The notes beneath the pieces were generated by a model. It was not told the DNA's origin, made no database searches, and was given only the letters and a program-made list of their open reading frames with translations. From positions 19,147 through 83,146 of the forward strand of contig JAUVLG010000002.1 of assembly GCA_030595835.1 (NCBI GenBank): DNA of 64,000 bases. The letters run 5' to 3'. Made by a program: the position numbers and the translations under genes. Position 1 is the stretch's first letter. Each line of letters starts with the position of its first letter. The stretch comes from Candidatus Eiseniibacteriota bacterium. Its GTDB lineage: Bacteria; Joyebacterota; Joyebacteria; Joyebacterales; Joyebacteraceae. Positions 48,410-56,622 of the stretch are shown here, piece by piece.

Positions 48410-49246
48410 TCAGCGTGCGGTCGCCTCGGCGGCGTGCTCGAGCTCTCCCTCGGCTGGGTGGGGCGCCTCGCCGTCCAGATCGCGCAGAATCAGCTGGGCG
48501 ACCTTTCTTCCTGAGAGGAACATGCCTCCGAATATCGGGCCCATCCGCGGTGCGCCGTGAACGGCGCCGGCCGCCATGCCAGCCACGTAGAGGCCGGGGT
48601 ACACCTCACCGGTGTGCTCGATCACGGCTCGCTCTCCGCTGTCCGCGCACATCGAGCGCTCACCCATGACACCTCCGGTCTCCGTCCTCAGGGTCACGCC
48701 TTCCTTGCGCACGGTGACGCGGGTCACATCCGCGTCATGTCCTGTCGCGTCCAGGACTACTCGAGCCGAGAACGAGAGGGGGTCGACGTGCAGTCCGGCG
48801 GCGTCGACGGCGCTCCACAGTACGACGACTCCCGCCACCCTGCCACCGTTGAACATCACGTCTTCGACTCGGCAGCCGTTGAGGACGAGAAGTCCCTCGC
48901 GGGTCGCGCCGTACGCGAGGGCCGCGGCCGTGTGCACTGAGTCGGCGGTGTGGAAGCCGTCACTGTAGGGCCTGTGTCTGATGCCGAAGTCGTCGAGCAC
49001 CTCGAGCGCTTCGTCCTGCACCACGATCTCGTTGAACATCATGCCGCCGCCCCAGATGCCGCCGCCGGTCGAGAGCTTGCTCTCGAAGAGTGCGACCTTC
49101 CTTCCCGCGCGCGCGAGGTACCCTCCGGCAACCAGCCCGGCCGGCCCCGCGCCCACGATGGCCACGTCCAGCTCAGTTGCCTCGCTCAGCTTCTCGAAGA
49201 ACCTCTCGGTGATCGCACGTGTGACCATGACGTCGCTGATCATCAC
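48410..49246 (-). CDS. thi4: Thi4-family thiazole synthase
   Basis: 278 aa; DVAIVGAGPAGLVAGGYLARAGRKVALFESKLSTGGGIWGGGMMFNEIVV..., ...HTAAAL..., ...GMAAGAVHGAPRMGPIFGGMFLSG are Thi4/THI1 signatures. It is the first gene after the TPP riboswitch. Confidence 0.85.
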   Translation of the reverse strand: MMISDVMVTRAITERFFEKLSEATELDVAIVGAGPAGLVAGGYLARAGRKVALFESKLSTGGGIWGGGMMFNEIVVQDEALEVLDDFGIRHRPYSDGFHTADSVHTAAALAYGATREGLLVLNGCRVEDVMFNGGRVAGVVVLWSAVDAAGLHVDPLSFSARVVLDATGHDADVTRVTVRKEGVTLRTETGGVMGERSMCADSGERAVIEHTGEVYPGLYVAGMAAGAVHGAPRMGPIFGGMFLSGRKVAQLILRDLDGEAPHPAEGELEHAAEATAR

Positions 49247-49261
49247 ATCCTCCTCCGAACG

Positions 49262-49299
49262 AAAAAGGGACCCCTCGTGGTGTCGTCATGAGGAGTCCC
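49262..49299 (-). terminator. Rho-independent terminator forming the expression platform of the TPP riboswitch
   Basis: Minus-strand RNA GGGACUCCUC-AUGACGACACCAC-GAGGGGUCCC followed by UUUUUCG; it lies between the aptamer and the RBS GGAGGAGGA. Confidence 0.5.
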
Positions 49300-49317
49300 G
49301 CGCGGTCACGCGCTTCA

Positions 49318-49410
49318 AGGGCCGTTTCCCTACGCTGGCATTGCCCAGTTCAGGTTCACGGGGTATCATTCTCAGACCCTGGCGGGCCACCCCCAACGAC
49401 TCCTATGTTA
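49318..49410 (-). ncRNA. TPP (THI-box) riboswitch
   Basis: Reverse complement of 49321-49400 reads GUCGUUGGGGGUGGCCCGCCAGGGUCUGAGAAUGAUACCCCGUGAACCUGAACUGGGCAAUGCCAGCGUAGGGAAACGGC, containing the conserved GGGGUG, CUGAGA, ACCC, CCUGA and GCCAGCGUAGGGAA elements of the TPP aptamer, upstream of thi4. Confidence 0.85.
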
Positions 49411-49467
49411 TCTGCACCGCTCGTCCGGACGCACCAATGACGCTTGAGCACGGAGAGCGCTTCGTAT

Positions 49468-49496
49468 ACCCTACTTGAGATTCGCCGGTCAGTCAA
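49468..49496 (-). promoter_or_regulatory. Candidate sigma70-type promoter for the TPP-riboswitch operon
   Basis: Minus strand TTGACT (rc of 49491-49496), 17-nt spacer, TAGGGT (rc of 49468-49473), about 60 nt upstream of the aptamer. Confidence 0.35.
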
Positions 49497-49524
49497 CCGC
49501 GGGGACCGCTAACAAGGGGAACAT

Positions 49525-50916
49525 GTGAAGCTCACTGCCTACGGCGCTGCGCGCAATGTCACGGGTTCCAAGCATCTGCTCGAGGTGGCCGGGAAGCGCA
49601 TTCTGCTCGATTGCGGCCTCTATCAGGGGCGCCGGGCCGAGAGCGAGCGGCGCAACAGGCAGCTTCCGTTCGATCCCGCCTCCATAGATGCGGTTCTGCT
49701 TTCGCACGCTCACATTGACCACAGCGGCAGTCTGCCCACTCTGGTTAAGCAGGGCTTCCGCGGGTCCATCTACGCAACGCACGCGACCGCGGACCTGTGC
49801 GAGATACTCCTCAGAGACACGGCGTACATTCAGAGCCACGATCTGGAGTACCTGAACAAGAGACGAAGGAAGAGGGGAGAGGTCCCGCTCGAGCCCATCT
49901 ACACCATGGACGATGTCGAGGATGTACTGCCGCGATTCGTGGGCGTCGACTACGATAGTCCGATTCGAGTCACGCAGGATCTTACGGTCACGTACCGCGA
50001 CGCGGGACACATCCTCGGTTCAGCGATCCTCGAGATCGACGCGCGCGAGTCCGGCAGGCGCACGAGGATCGTTTTCACCGGTGACCTCGGCAGGGCGGAC
50101 ATGCCCATCCTGAAAGACCCGTACGAGGTGAGGAGCGCGGACGTTCTCATAACCGAGAGCACGTACGGCGGTCGCTCTCACAACCAGGTGCAGCACGTCG
50201 AAGAGAACCTCGCGTCGTTCGTGTCCGACGTCGCTCGCCGCAAGGGGAAGATCATCATCCCCTCGTTTGCCGTCGGCAGGACGCAGCGCGTTGTCTACGG
50301 ACTGCACAAGCTCATGCGGGACGGACTCGTAAGAGAGATGCCCATCTTCGTCGACAGTCCGCTCGCGATCTCCGCGACCGAGATTTTCCGCAGGCACCCC
50401 GAGTGCTTCGACGAGGAAATGAACGCACTGCTCCGGCGCGACGATGACCCCTTCGGCTTCTCGCGCGTTCGGTACGTCAAGAAGGCGGCCGAGTCGAAGA
50501 AGCTCAACCGCATGAGCGGACCGATGGTGATTATCTCGGCCTCCGGGATGTGTGAGGCGGGGCGCATTCTGCACCATCTCAAGAACAACATCGGGAACCG
50601 CCGGAACGGCGTGCTGATAGTCGGCTATCAGGCGCGTCACACCCTTGGCAGGCGCATCTCGGAAGGGGAGAAGAGGGTCAAGATCTTCGGCAAGCCCTAC
50701 CTCGTGAGGGCCCGCGTCAGGGTGTTTGATGAGTTCAGCGCCCACGCCGACAGCGGCGAGTTGCTGGCCTTTGCCGAGGGGATCCGGCGCCCGCCCAGGG
50801 CGACGATCGTAGTTCACGGCAACGAGGAACAGTCGCTGGCCTTCGGGCGCCGCCTGACCGAGCGGGGATTCCCGAGAGTGACCGTTCCCTTCGACGGTGA
50901 GACCATCACCCTGTGA
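49525..50916 (+). CDS. MBL-fold / beta-CASP RNA-metabolising metallo-hydrolase (RNase J / CPSF73-like)
   Basis: 463 aa, GTG start after AAGGGGA. Motif 1 D (LLDCG), HxHxDH (LLSHAHIDHSGSL), ...ITESTYGGRSH..., beta-CASP and C-terminal RMMBL (FSAHADSGELLAF). Confidence 0.85.
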   Translation: MKLTAYGAARNVTGSKHLLEVAGKRILLDCGLYQGRRAESERRNRQLPFDPASIDAVLLSHAHIDHSGSLPTLVKQGFRGSIYATHATADLCEILLRDTAYIQSHDLEYLNKRRRKRGEVPLEPIYTMDDVEDVLPRFVGVDYDSPIRVTQDLTVTYRDAGHILGSAILEIDARESGRRTRIVFTGDLGRADMPILKDPYEVRSADVLITESTYGGRSHNQVQHVEENLASFVSDVARRKGKIIIPSFAVGRTQRVVYGLHKLMRDGLVREMPIFVDSPLAISATEIFRRHPECFDEEMNALLRRDDDPFGFSRVRYVKKAAESKKLNRMSGPMVIISASGMCEAGRILHHLKNNIGNRRNGVLIVGYQARHTLGRRISEGEKRVKIFGKPYLVRARVRVFDEFSAHADSGELLAFAEGIRRPPRATIVVHGNEEQSLAFGRRLTERGFPRVTVPFDGETITL

Positions 50917-51232
50917 AGTTTCGACACGTTGACTTCTGACTTCCGGGTTAGAACAGGGCGAACGCCCTCGAGTACTCCTGCGCGAAGGCGCTCGCACGCG
51001 AGTTGTGTCGAACGGTTCAGCGCCCTGCCTTCGCGCAACGCGCATCAGTGAGTAGTGACACGACTCCCCGCACAACACGCGGCTCGCCCGTGCTCGACAT
51101 GCTTCACGCGACACGTGTTTGAGTGTGCGACCGACGAGTACGTCGACGGACGAACGCGTCGTTGCGAACTCCTTTTGCTCCGCAGCGATATCGACTCGTC
51201 AAGTCGCGCGAGTACCGAGTTGCACTTTTCGC

Positions 51233-51261
51233 TTGACACAAACGTAGTCTGCTTCTACATA
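51233..51261 (+). promoter_or_regulatory. Candidate sigma70-type promoter far upstream of the histone-like gene
   Basis: TTGACA (51233-51238), 17-nt spacer, TACATA (51256-51261); this would give a ~200-nt leader before the ATG at 51476. Confidence 0.3.
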
Positions 51262-51475
51262 TGGCGATGACAGGTGTGTTGCGTACGCAAGCAGTCCCTT
51301 CTCGACTTGAGCGTTGCGTTGCTCGCCGTCGCGGCGGCCCAGGCCGCCGACCGTTGGCCGGATGAAGGCACCGCGATCACGCATGATGATCGCGGGAATG
51401 TCCGGCGGAGGAATCTGAGTCGGCCAACTCCCCTCTGCGAATGGGCGCGGAGTGGGGCAAAGGAGGTGACGGCTG

Positions 51476-51793
51476 ATGGCAGTGAAGAAGAAGCCCGCCA
51501 AGAAGAAGGCGGCCGCGAAGAGGAAGCCGGCAAAGAAGAAGGTCGTGAAGAAGAAGACGACCGCGAAGAGGAAGCCGGCGAAGAAGAAGGTCGTGAAGAA
51601 GAAGACGACCGCGAAGAGGAAGCCGGCGAAGAAGAAGGTCGCGAAGAAGAAGACGACCGCGAAGAGGAAGCCGGCTAAGAAGAAGGTCGTGAAGAAGAAG
51701 ACGACCGCGAAGAGGAAGCCGGCGAAGAAGAAGGTCGTGAAAAAGAAGACGGCCAAGAGGAAGCCGGCCAAGAGGAAGACCAAGAAGAGGTAA
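51476..51793 (+). CDS. Lysine-rich histone H1-like nucleoid-associated repeat protein
   Basis: 105 aa; RBS GGAGGTGA; five near-perfect 16-aa repeats KKKTTAKRKPAKKKVV encoded by 48-bp tandem repeats. Confidence 0.75.
   Translation: MAVKKKPAKKKAAAKRKPAKKKVVKKKTTAKRKPAKKKVVKKKTTAKRKPAKKKVAKKKTTAKRKPAKKKVVKKKTTAKRKPAKKKVVKKKTAKRKPAKRKTKKR
51530..51770 (+). repeat. Five tandem 48-bp coding repeats inside the histone-like gene
   Basis: aagaagaaggtcgtgaagaagaagacgaccgcgaagaggaagccggcg repeated with only 1-2 substitutions per unit. Confidence 0.85.
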
Positions 51794-51845
51794 CGGTTGG
51801 TCTACCTGGCAGAACGAAGAAGCGGAGCGATTACTCGCTCCGCTT

Positions 51846-51920
51846 CTTCCATGTGGTAGCGCCAACGGGAATCGAACCCGTGTTACCGGCTTGAGAGGCC
51901 GGCGTCCTAACCGCTGGACG
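51846..51920 (-). tRNA. tRNA-Glu (anticodon CUC), CCA encoded
   Basis: rc: GGCGCCAUCGUCCAGCGGUUAGGACGCCGGCCUCUCAAGCCGGUAACACGGGUUCGAUUCCCGUUGGCGCUACCA; cloverleaf with anticodon loop CUCUCAA. Confidence 0.85.
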
Positions 51921-51929
51921 ATGGCGCCT

Positions 51930-52003
51930 TCACTTTGTGGTTGGGGAGGGAGGATTCGAACCCCCGCCGGCGGATCCAGAGTCCGCTGTCCTACCACTAG
52001 ACG
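51930..52003 (-). tRNA. tRNA-Gln (anticodon CUG), CCA encoded
   Basis: rc: UGGGGAGUCGUCUAGUGGUAGGACAGCGGACUCUGGAUCCGCCGGCGGGGGUUCGAAUCCUCCCUCCCCAACCA; anticodon loop CUCUGGA. Confidence 0.85.
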
Positions 52004-52018
52004 ACTCCCCAGATCGTC

Positions 52019-53476
52019 CTATTCTATCAGCTCTCGCGAGCCGGCGATTCGCGCGAGAGATACCTCACGTCCGAGGAGCGACAGCGTCTCGAAGATCCCG
52101 GGGCTCGCAGTGCGACCGGTCAAGGCGACCCTGAGGGGTTGTACGACCTTGCCCAGCGAGAGCCCGGCGTCCTCCGCGAACTTCCGCAACGCCCCTTCGA
52201 GTGTCTCGGGCTGGAAGTCCGGGCATCCCGAGAGAACCAAATGAAGCCCGACGAGGATTTCGTCCGCACCGGGCTTGGCCAGCACCTTACTGACAGCAAT
52301 CTTATCATAGACGACGTCCGGCGCAAGAAAAAACCCCGCGAGTTCGACGATGTCGGTGAGAACCTTGAGGCGGTCGTCGATAAGCTCCACGATCTTCTCC
52401 AGGTGCGACCGATCCTCAGGAGTCAACTCCTTGGGCAGGAGCCCATCCGCCCTCAGAAAGGGGATGACCCGCTCAGTTCGGTCGGGGACGTCCAGCCTCT
52501 TGAGCCATTGGGTGTTCATCCAGTCCAGCTTGTCCGGGTCGAACGATGCCGGCCTCTTGCTGACGCTGCCCGTGTCAAAGTTCTGCAGAAGGTCGTCCAG
52601 CGAGAAGAACTCCTGGTCTCCCTCGTAGGACCATCCCAGGAGCGCCATGTAGTTCACGACGGCCTCGGGCAGGTAGCCACGTCTTCGGTACTCGCCTATC
52701 GCGATGGCCCCGCGGCGCTTCGACATCACTTGCTTGTCCGGAGCGAGCACCAGGGGCTGATGGCCGAACGTAGGCGGTTCGTGGCCGAGAGCCTTCCAGA
52801 TCACTATCTGTCGCGGCGTGTTGGAGATGTGGTCGGCGCCCCGGATGACGTGTGTGATTGCCATCTCCAGGTCATCCACCACCACGGCGAAGTTGTAGGT
52901 AGGCGTCCCGTCCTGGCGGATTATGACGAGGTCGTCGAGCTCCGCGTTGTCGAATTCGATCGTGCCGAGCACCATATCATCGAACGACGTTTTGCCCGCG
53001 GGCACGCGGAAGCGGACCACGGACGGTTGCCCCTTGGCCAACATCGCTTCCCGCTCATCGTCGGAGAGCCCCAGGCACTTGCGGTCGTAGATCCACCCTC
53101 CGTCGGCCGCCTGCGCACGGCTGCGCCTCTCTTCGATCTCCTCGGGAGAGCAGAAGCAGCGGTACGCCTGTCCGCTTCTGAGGAGTTTCTCAACGTGCGG
53201 CTCGTAGCTCTGGGAGCGCTCCGACTGAAGGTAGGGGCCGAAGTCGCCTCCGCACTCGGGGCCCTCGTCCCAGTCGAGTCCGAGCCAGCGTAAGTCCTCA
53301 AGGATGGCATTCAGGTACTCAGGTGTGGACCGCTCCCGGTCCGTGTCCTCGATTCTGAGGATGAAGGACCCGCCCTCATGGCGTGCGAACAACCAGTTCA
53401 ATAGAGCCGTTCGGGATCCGCCCATATGAAGGAAGCCCGTCGGACTCGGTGCGAAGCGCACTCTGACACCACTCAT
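52019..53476 (-). CDS. gltX: Glutamyl-tRNA synthetase
   Basis: 485 aa; RVRFAPSPTGFLHMGGSRTALLNWLFARH (HIGH region), ...VSKRRG... (KMSKS-type); directly followed by tRNA-Gln and tRNA-Glu. Confidence 0.9.
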   Translation of the reverse strand: MSGVRVRFAPSPTGFLHMGGSRTALLNWLFARHEGGSFILRIEDTDRERSTPEYLNAILEDLRWLGLDWDEGPECGGDFGPYLQSERSQSYEPHVEKLLRSGQAYRCFCSPEEIEERRSRAQAADGGWIYDRKCLGLSDDEREAMLAKGQPSVVRFRVPAGKTSFDDMVLGTIEFDNAELDDLVIIRQDGTPTYNFAVVVDDLEMAITHVIRGADHISNTPRQIVIWKALGHEPPTFGHQPLVLAPDKQVMSKRRGAIAIGEYRRRGYLPEAVVNYMALLGWSYEGDQEFFSLDDLLQNFDTGSVSKRPASFDPDKLDWMNTQWLKRLDVPDRTERVIPFLRADGLLPKELTPEDRSHLEKIVELIDDRLKVLTDIVELAGFFLAPDVVYDKIAVSKVLAKPGADEILVGLHLVLSGCPDFQPETLEGALRKFAEDAGLSLGKVVQPLRVALTGRTASPGIFETLSLLGREVSLARIAGSRELIE

Positions 53477-53649
53477 GTATCACCTCATAAAAAAGGCCTC
53501 ATCGCCGAGGCCGTCCGTACTCAGGCGGACTATACCAACCCACGGGCGGGACTGTCAAGAACGCCCGTGGACACACTTGACAGCTGTCTGAGGGCGGAGC
53601 TAGTGTCATGAAGATGGTGTGAGGGCCAGGCCACGGAGGATCCCGGCAG

Positions 53650-54138
53650 ATGACAGGCTATTCAACACCCATGCCGCGGCCAAGGAGAGACGTGCTGATC
53701 GCACTGGCGTGGCTTGCGGCGTTCGCCGTCGCGATGGCGTACGTGGAGGCAGCGGTCGTCGTCTACCTCCGGTTGCTCTACTACCCCGATGGATTCTGTA
53801 TAGAGGGAGCGGCCTCGCTCCAGTGCGTGCCTCCGAGTGCTCTTGCGATCGAGATAGGGCGCGAGGCTGCGACCATCGTCATGCTCGTGGCCGTTGCCTT
53901 CCTGAGTGCCGGGAAGAACTGGTGGGTGCGCCTGGCTCACTTCATGTGGGCGTTCGCGCTCTGGGACATCTTCTACTACATCTGGCTCTACGTGCTGCTC
54001 AGGTGGCCTCCGGGCCCGATGACCGTCGATGTGCTGTTCCTGATTCCCCGGCCATGGATTGCTCCGGTGCTCATGCCCGTTGTCATTTCCCTCCTGATGA
54101 TAGGCTCGGCTCTGGCCATTCTAAGGAGGAGGCCCTGA
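53650..54138 (+). CDS. Hypothetical membrane protein
   Basis: 162 aa, 4-5 TM segments, Trp/Tyr-rich (FMWAFALWDIFYYIWLYVLLRWPP). Confidence 0.5.
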   Translation: MTGYSTPMPRPRRDVLIALAWLAAFAVAMAYVEAAVVVYLRLLYYPDGFCIEGAASLQCVPPSALAIEIGREAATIVMLVAVAFLSAGKNWWVRLAHFMWAFALWDIFYYIWLYVLLRWPPGPMTVDVLFLIPRPWIAPVLMPVVISLLMIGSALAILRRRP

Positions 54139-54300
54139 GTGCATCGTCTCTCGGTCCGTCGCATGTGCACTTGACAGGTATTGCAGTGCGGGGCTAGGCT
54201 CAGTACGAGGGTGAGAGCCAGTTCGACAGACGGTGCGCACCGTTGCGTGCGGCGCCAGGAGCGATGCCGGGTATCCCGGCACTCGCGTGAGAGGTGTTGG

Positions 54301-54975
54301 ATGATCCACCGTATGTTGGTTCTGATCGTGGTTGCCTGTCTGCTGGGAGCCTGTTCCGGCGACGAGACCGCGTCTGAACGCAACTCCTCAGAGCCGTCAC
54401 AGACGGCAGCGGTCGCGGATCCGGGTGAGACCCTGGCCGGGCAGGACGATGCGGTCCCAGTGTCTTCCGGAGATCCGGTGGACATCGAGGCTTCCGCCGA
54501 CACGAGCGCGGACACGGCGTGGGTCGAGCCGGTGGAGAGCGCCGACGAGCCGGCGGAGGATTCCACGAGTCCAGATGAGCCCGCACGGGATGAGCCCGTG
54601 GGAGGGCCCGACGAGTCGGGCGCGTCTGCCGTGCCCGCGTCCTTGAGTGGGCTTCGCGTGCTTCGGACGTACGTCTGCAAGGGCATCGAGCAGAGCGAGC
54701 CGACCGAGGCTGGGAAGAGCTTCATACCGGAGGACGGTGTCCTGAGGCTCTGCTGTTTCAGTGAGATCGCGGGGGCCGCCGGGCCCGACACGGTCCTGCA
54801 CATCTGGCGCTGGGGCGACCGCGAGATGGCCCGCGTGGTCCTTGAGGTCAAGAGCTCGCGCTGGAGGACCTGGAGCACGAAGCGCATCCTCGATGAGTGG
54901 CGCGGCGAGTGGCACGTCGACGTGACCGACAGCGACGGTGTTGTTCTCGCCAGGCAGGAGTTCTCGGTGGAGTAG
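54301..54975 (+). CDS. Lipoprotein with acidic low-complexity linker and conserved C-terminal domain
   Basis: Start MIHRMLVLIVVACLLGACSG (lipobox LLGAC) after GAGAGG; D/E/S/P-rich linker; C-terminal ...VLHIWRWGDREMARVVLEVKSSRWRTWSTKRI...GEWHVDVTDSDGVVLARQEFSV. Confidence 0.55.
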   Translation: MIHRMLVLIVVACLLGACSGDETASERNSSEPSQTAAVADPGETLAGQDDAVPVSSGDPVDIEASADTSADTAWVEPVESADEPAEDSTSPDEPARDEPVGGPDESGASAVPASLSGLRVLRTYVCKGIEQSEPTEAGKSFIPEDGVLRLCCFSEIAGAAGPDTVLHIWRWGDREMARVVLEVKSSRWRTWSTKRILDEWRGEWHVDVTDSDGVVLARQEFSVE

Positions 54976-55108
54976 ATCGCTCCCCATCAGTGCCTTCCCC
55001 CGACTTTCCCGGAAGAACCCCACAAGCAGCTTGACACGCCGAACATTCGCACTATATAATATTAGCAGGTTTGAATAGAACCGCCTTGAAGGCTGTTGGG
55101 AGCCAGTA

Positions 55109-55459
55109 ATGGACGATGCGGGTCACACCACAGAGAGCGCACGGGCGGGGGAGACTCAGTCCGAGGCGTGTGAGAAGGCGGCGGAGCTTCTTCGCGCCCT
55201 CTCGCATCCCGTCCGGCTCAGGATCATCAAACTCCTGGGCGAGGGAGAGCTGTGTGTGAAGAGCCTCGAGGAGATACTCGAGATCTCGCAGTCGTCCGTC
55301 TCGCAGCATCTGACGCGCCTGAGGTACGCCGGACTCATCGAATCCGAGCGCAGAGGGCATCTCGTCTGCTACCGACTGGTCAAGGGCGGTGCGGCGAAGG
55401 TAGTGGAAGCGGCATTGGACGAGTCACAACAGAGAAACTCAGGAGAGGAAGGTAGCTGA
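55109..55459 (+). CDS. ArsR/SmtB-family transcriptional regulator
   Basis: LLRALSHPVRLRIIKLLGEGELCVKSLEEILEISQSSVSQHLTRLRYAGLIESERRGHLVCYRL is the ArsR-type wHTH. Confidence 0.8.
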   Translation: MDDAGHTTESARAGETQSEACEKAAELLRALSHPVRLRIIKLLGEGELCVKSLEEILEISQSSVSQHLTRLRYAGLIESERRGHLVCYRLVKGGAAKVVEAALDESQQRNSGEEGS

Positions 55460-55460
55460 C

Positions 55461-55784
55461 ATGAGTAAGACAATGGCCGGAACCGATGGGAACTTCGAAG
55501 TCGAGGTCCTCAAATCTGACAAGCTGGTGGTGGTTGATTTCTGGGCGCCCTGGTGCGGGCCGTGTCGTCTGGTCGGTCCGATCCTCGAGGAGATCGCGGA
55601 CGACAACGACGGCAAGCTCAAGGTGGTGAAGGTCAACGTCGATGAGAATCCCGCGCTCGCGCAGCACTACGGGATCCGCGGCATTCCGACGATGATGTTC
55701 TTCAAGGGTGGTGAGCAGGTCGACATGACCGTCGGCGCCGCCATGAAGAACAGTATTCAGGAGAAGGTAGACGCCCTGCTCTAG
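55461..55784 (+). CDS. trxA: Thioredoxin
   Basis: 107 aa; VVDFWAPWCGPCRLVGP...NPALAQHYGIRGIPTMMFFKGGE is canonical TrxA with a WCGPC active site. Confidence 0.9.
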   Translation: MSKTMAGTDGNFEVEVLKSDKLVVVDFWAPWCGPCRLVGPILEEIADDNDGKLKVVKVNVDENPALAQHYGIRGIPTMMFFKGGEQVDMTVGAAMKNSIQEKVDALL

Positions 55785-55790
55785 TCGGAC

Positions 55791-56414
55791 ATGGAGGTAG
55801 CAAGCATGATGAAGATCCTGAAGGTCGTAGTTCTCTTGCTGTCGGCAGCGGTTCTCTCTGTCGGGTTCGCCGGCTGTGGCGGAACGGAAGAGGAGGTGTC
55901 GGCTGGTGAGACCGCAGTGACCACCGAGGGAGTTGGAGCCGTGCCGGTCCCACAGGCGTCCGGTGTGGGTGTTGAGCCCGGACAGACTCCGCCTGCGTTC
56001 GTGCTTCCCGACCTCGACGGCAACGATCTGTCCCTCGACGATTTCAAGGGCAAGGTCGTTATTCTCGACCTGTGGGCGACCTGGTGTCCGCCGTGTAGGA
56101 AGGAAATCCCGTTCCTGGTCTCGCTCCACGAGGAGTACAAGGACCAGGGGCTCGCCGTCATCGGTGTAGGGCTGGACCAAGGCGGCGCCGCGGTCATGGC
56201 CCCGTTCGTAGAGGCCAACAGCATGAGTTACACGGTTGTCGTCGGCAACCAGAAGATCAGCCGCGACTTCAAGGTGAGCGGTATTCCCATGACCCTCACC
56301 ATAGACAGGGACGGCCGCGTGGCCGCCAAGGACGTCGGGTTCGCGCCCTCGATGGAAGCGGAGATGCGCGCCCGCGTCGTGGAGCTGCTTGCACGTCCCG
56401 CGACAGAGGCGTAG
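55791..56414 (+). CDS. TlpA/ResA-like thiol-disulfide oxidoreductase lipoprotein
   Basis: Signal plus lipobox (LLSAAVLSVGFAGCGG); redoxin fold with active site DLWATWCPPCRKEIP. Confidence 0.8.
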   Translation: MEVASMMKILKVVVLLLSAAVLSVGFAGCGGTEEEVSAGETAVTTEGVGAVPVPQASGVGVEPGQTPPAFVLPDLDGNDLSLDDFKGKVVILDLWATWCPPCRKEIPFLVSLHEEYKDQGLAVIGVGLDQGGAAVMAPFVEANSMSYTVVVGNQKISRDFKVSGIPMTLTIDRDGRVAAKDVGFAPSMEAEMRARVVELLARPATEA

Positions 56415-56622
56415 AAGCGCCGCACACATCTGAGTATCGCGCAGGGGGACGACACGTGAAGTGGGGTGAACTGGCACTGCCCGCCGCCTTCATCGGACTC
56501 TGGCTGCTGCTGCAGCTGGTGGTGCTGCCCAGACTCGGTGTGGCGACGTGACTCAAGTCGTCCTGCGGACCCGCCGAGCGGGTCGAGGAGTCGTCGGGTC
56601 ACGACGATGTTAGCGAGCAGTG

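Noticed and set aside
50020-51114. 364-aa minus-strand ORF
   Set aside because: Antisense to the RNase-J-like beta-CASP gene, which has complete MBL motifs.
51199-51997. ORFs 51199-51783(-), 51274-51678(+), 51377-51997(-) full of FFFxGFLFAVV, EEEGREEE or RLPLRGRLLL repeats
   Set aside because: Alternative-frame and antisense readings of the 48-bp Lys-codon tandem repeats of the histone-like gene. Only the 51476 frame has an RBS and start, and it gives a coherent basic protein.
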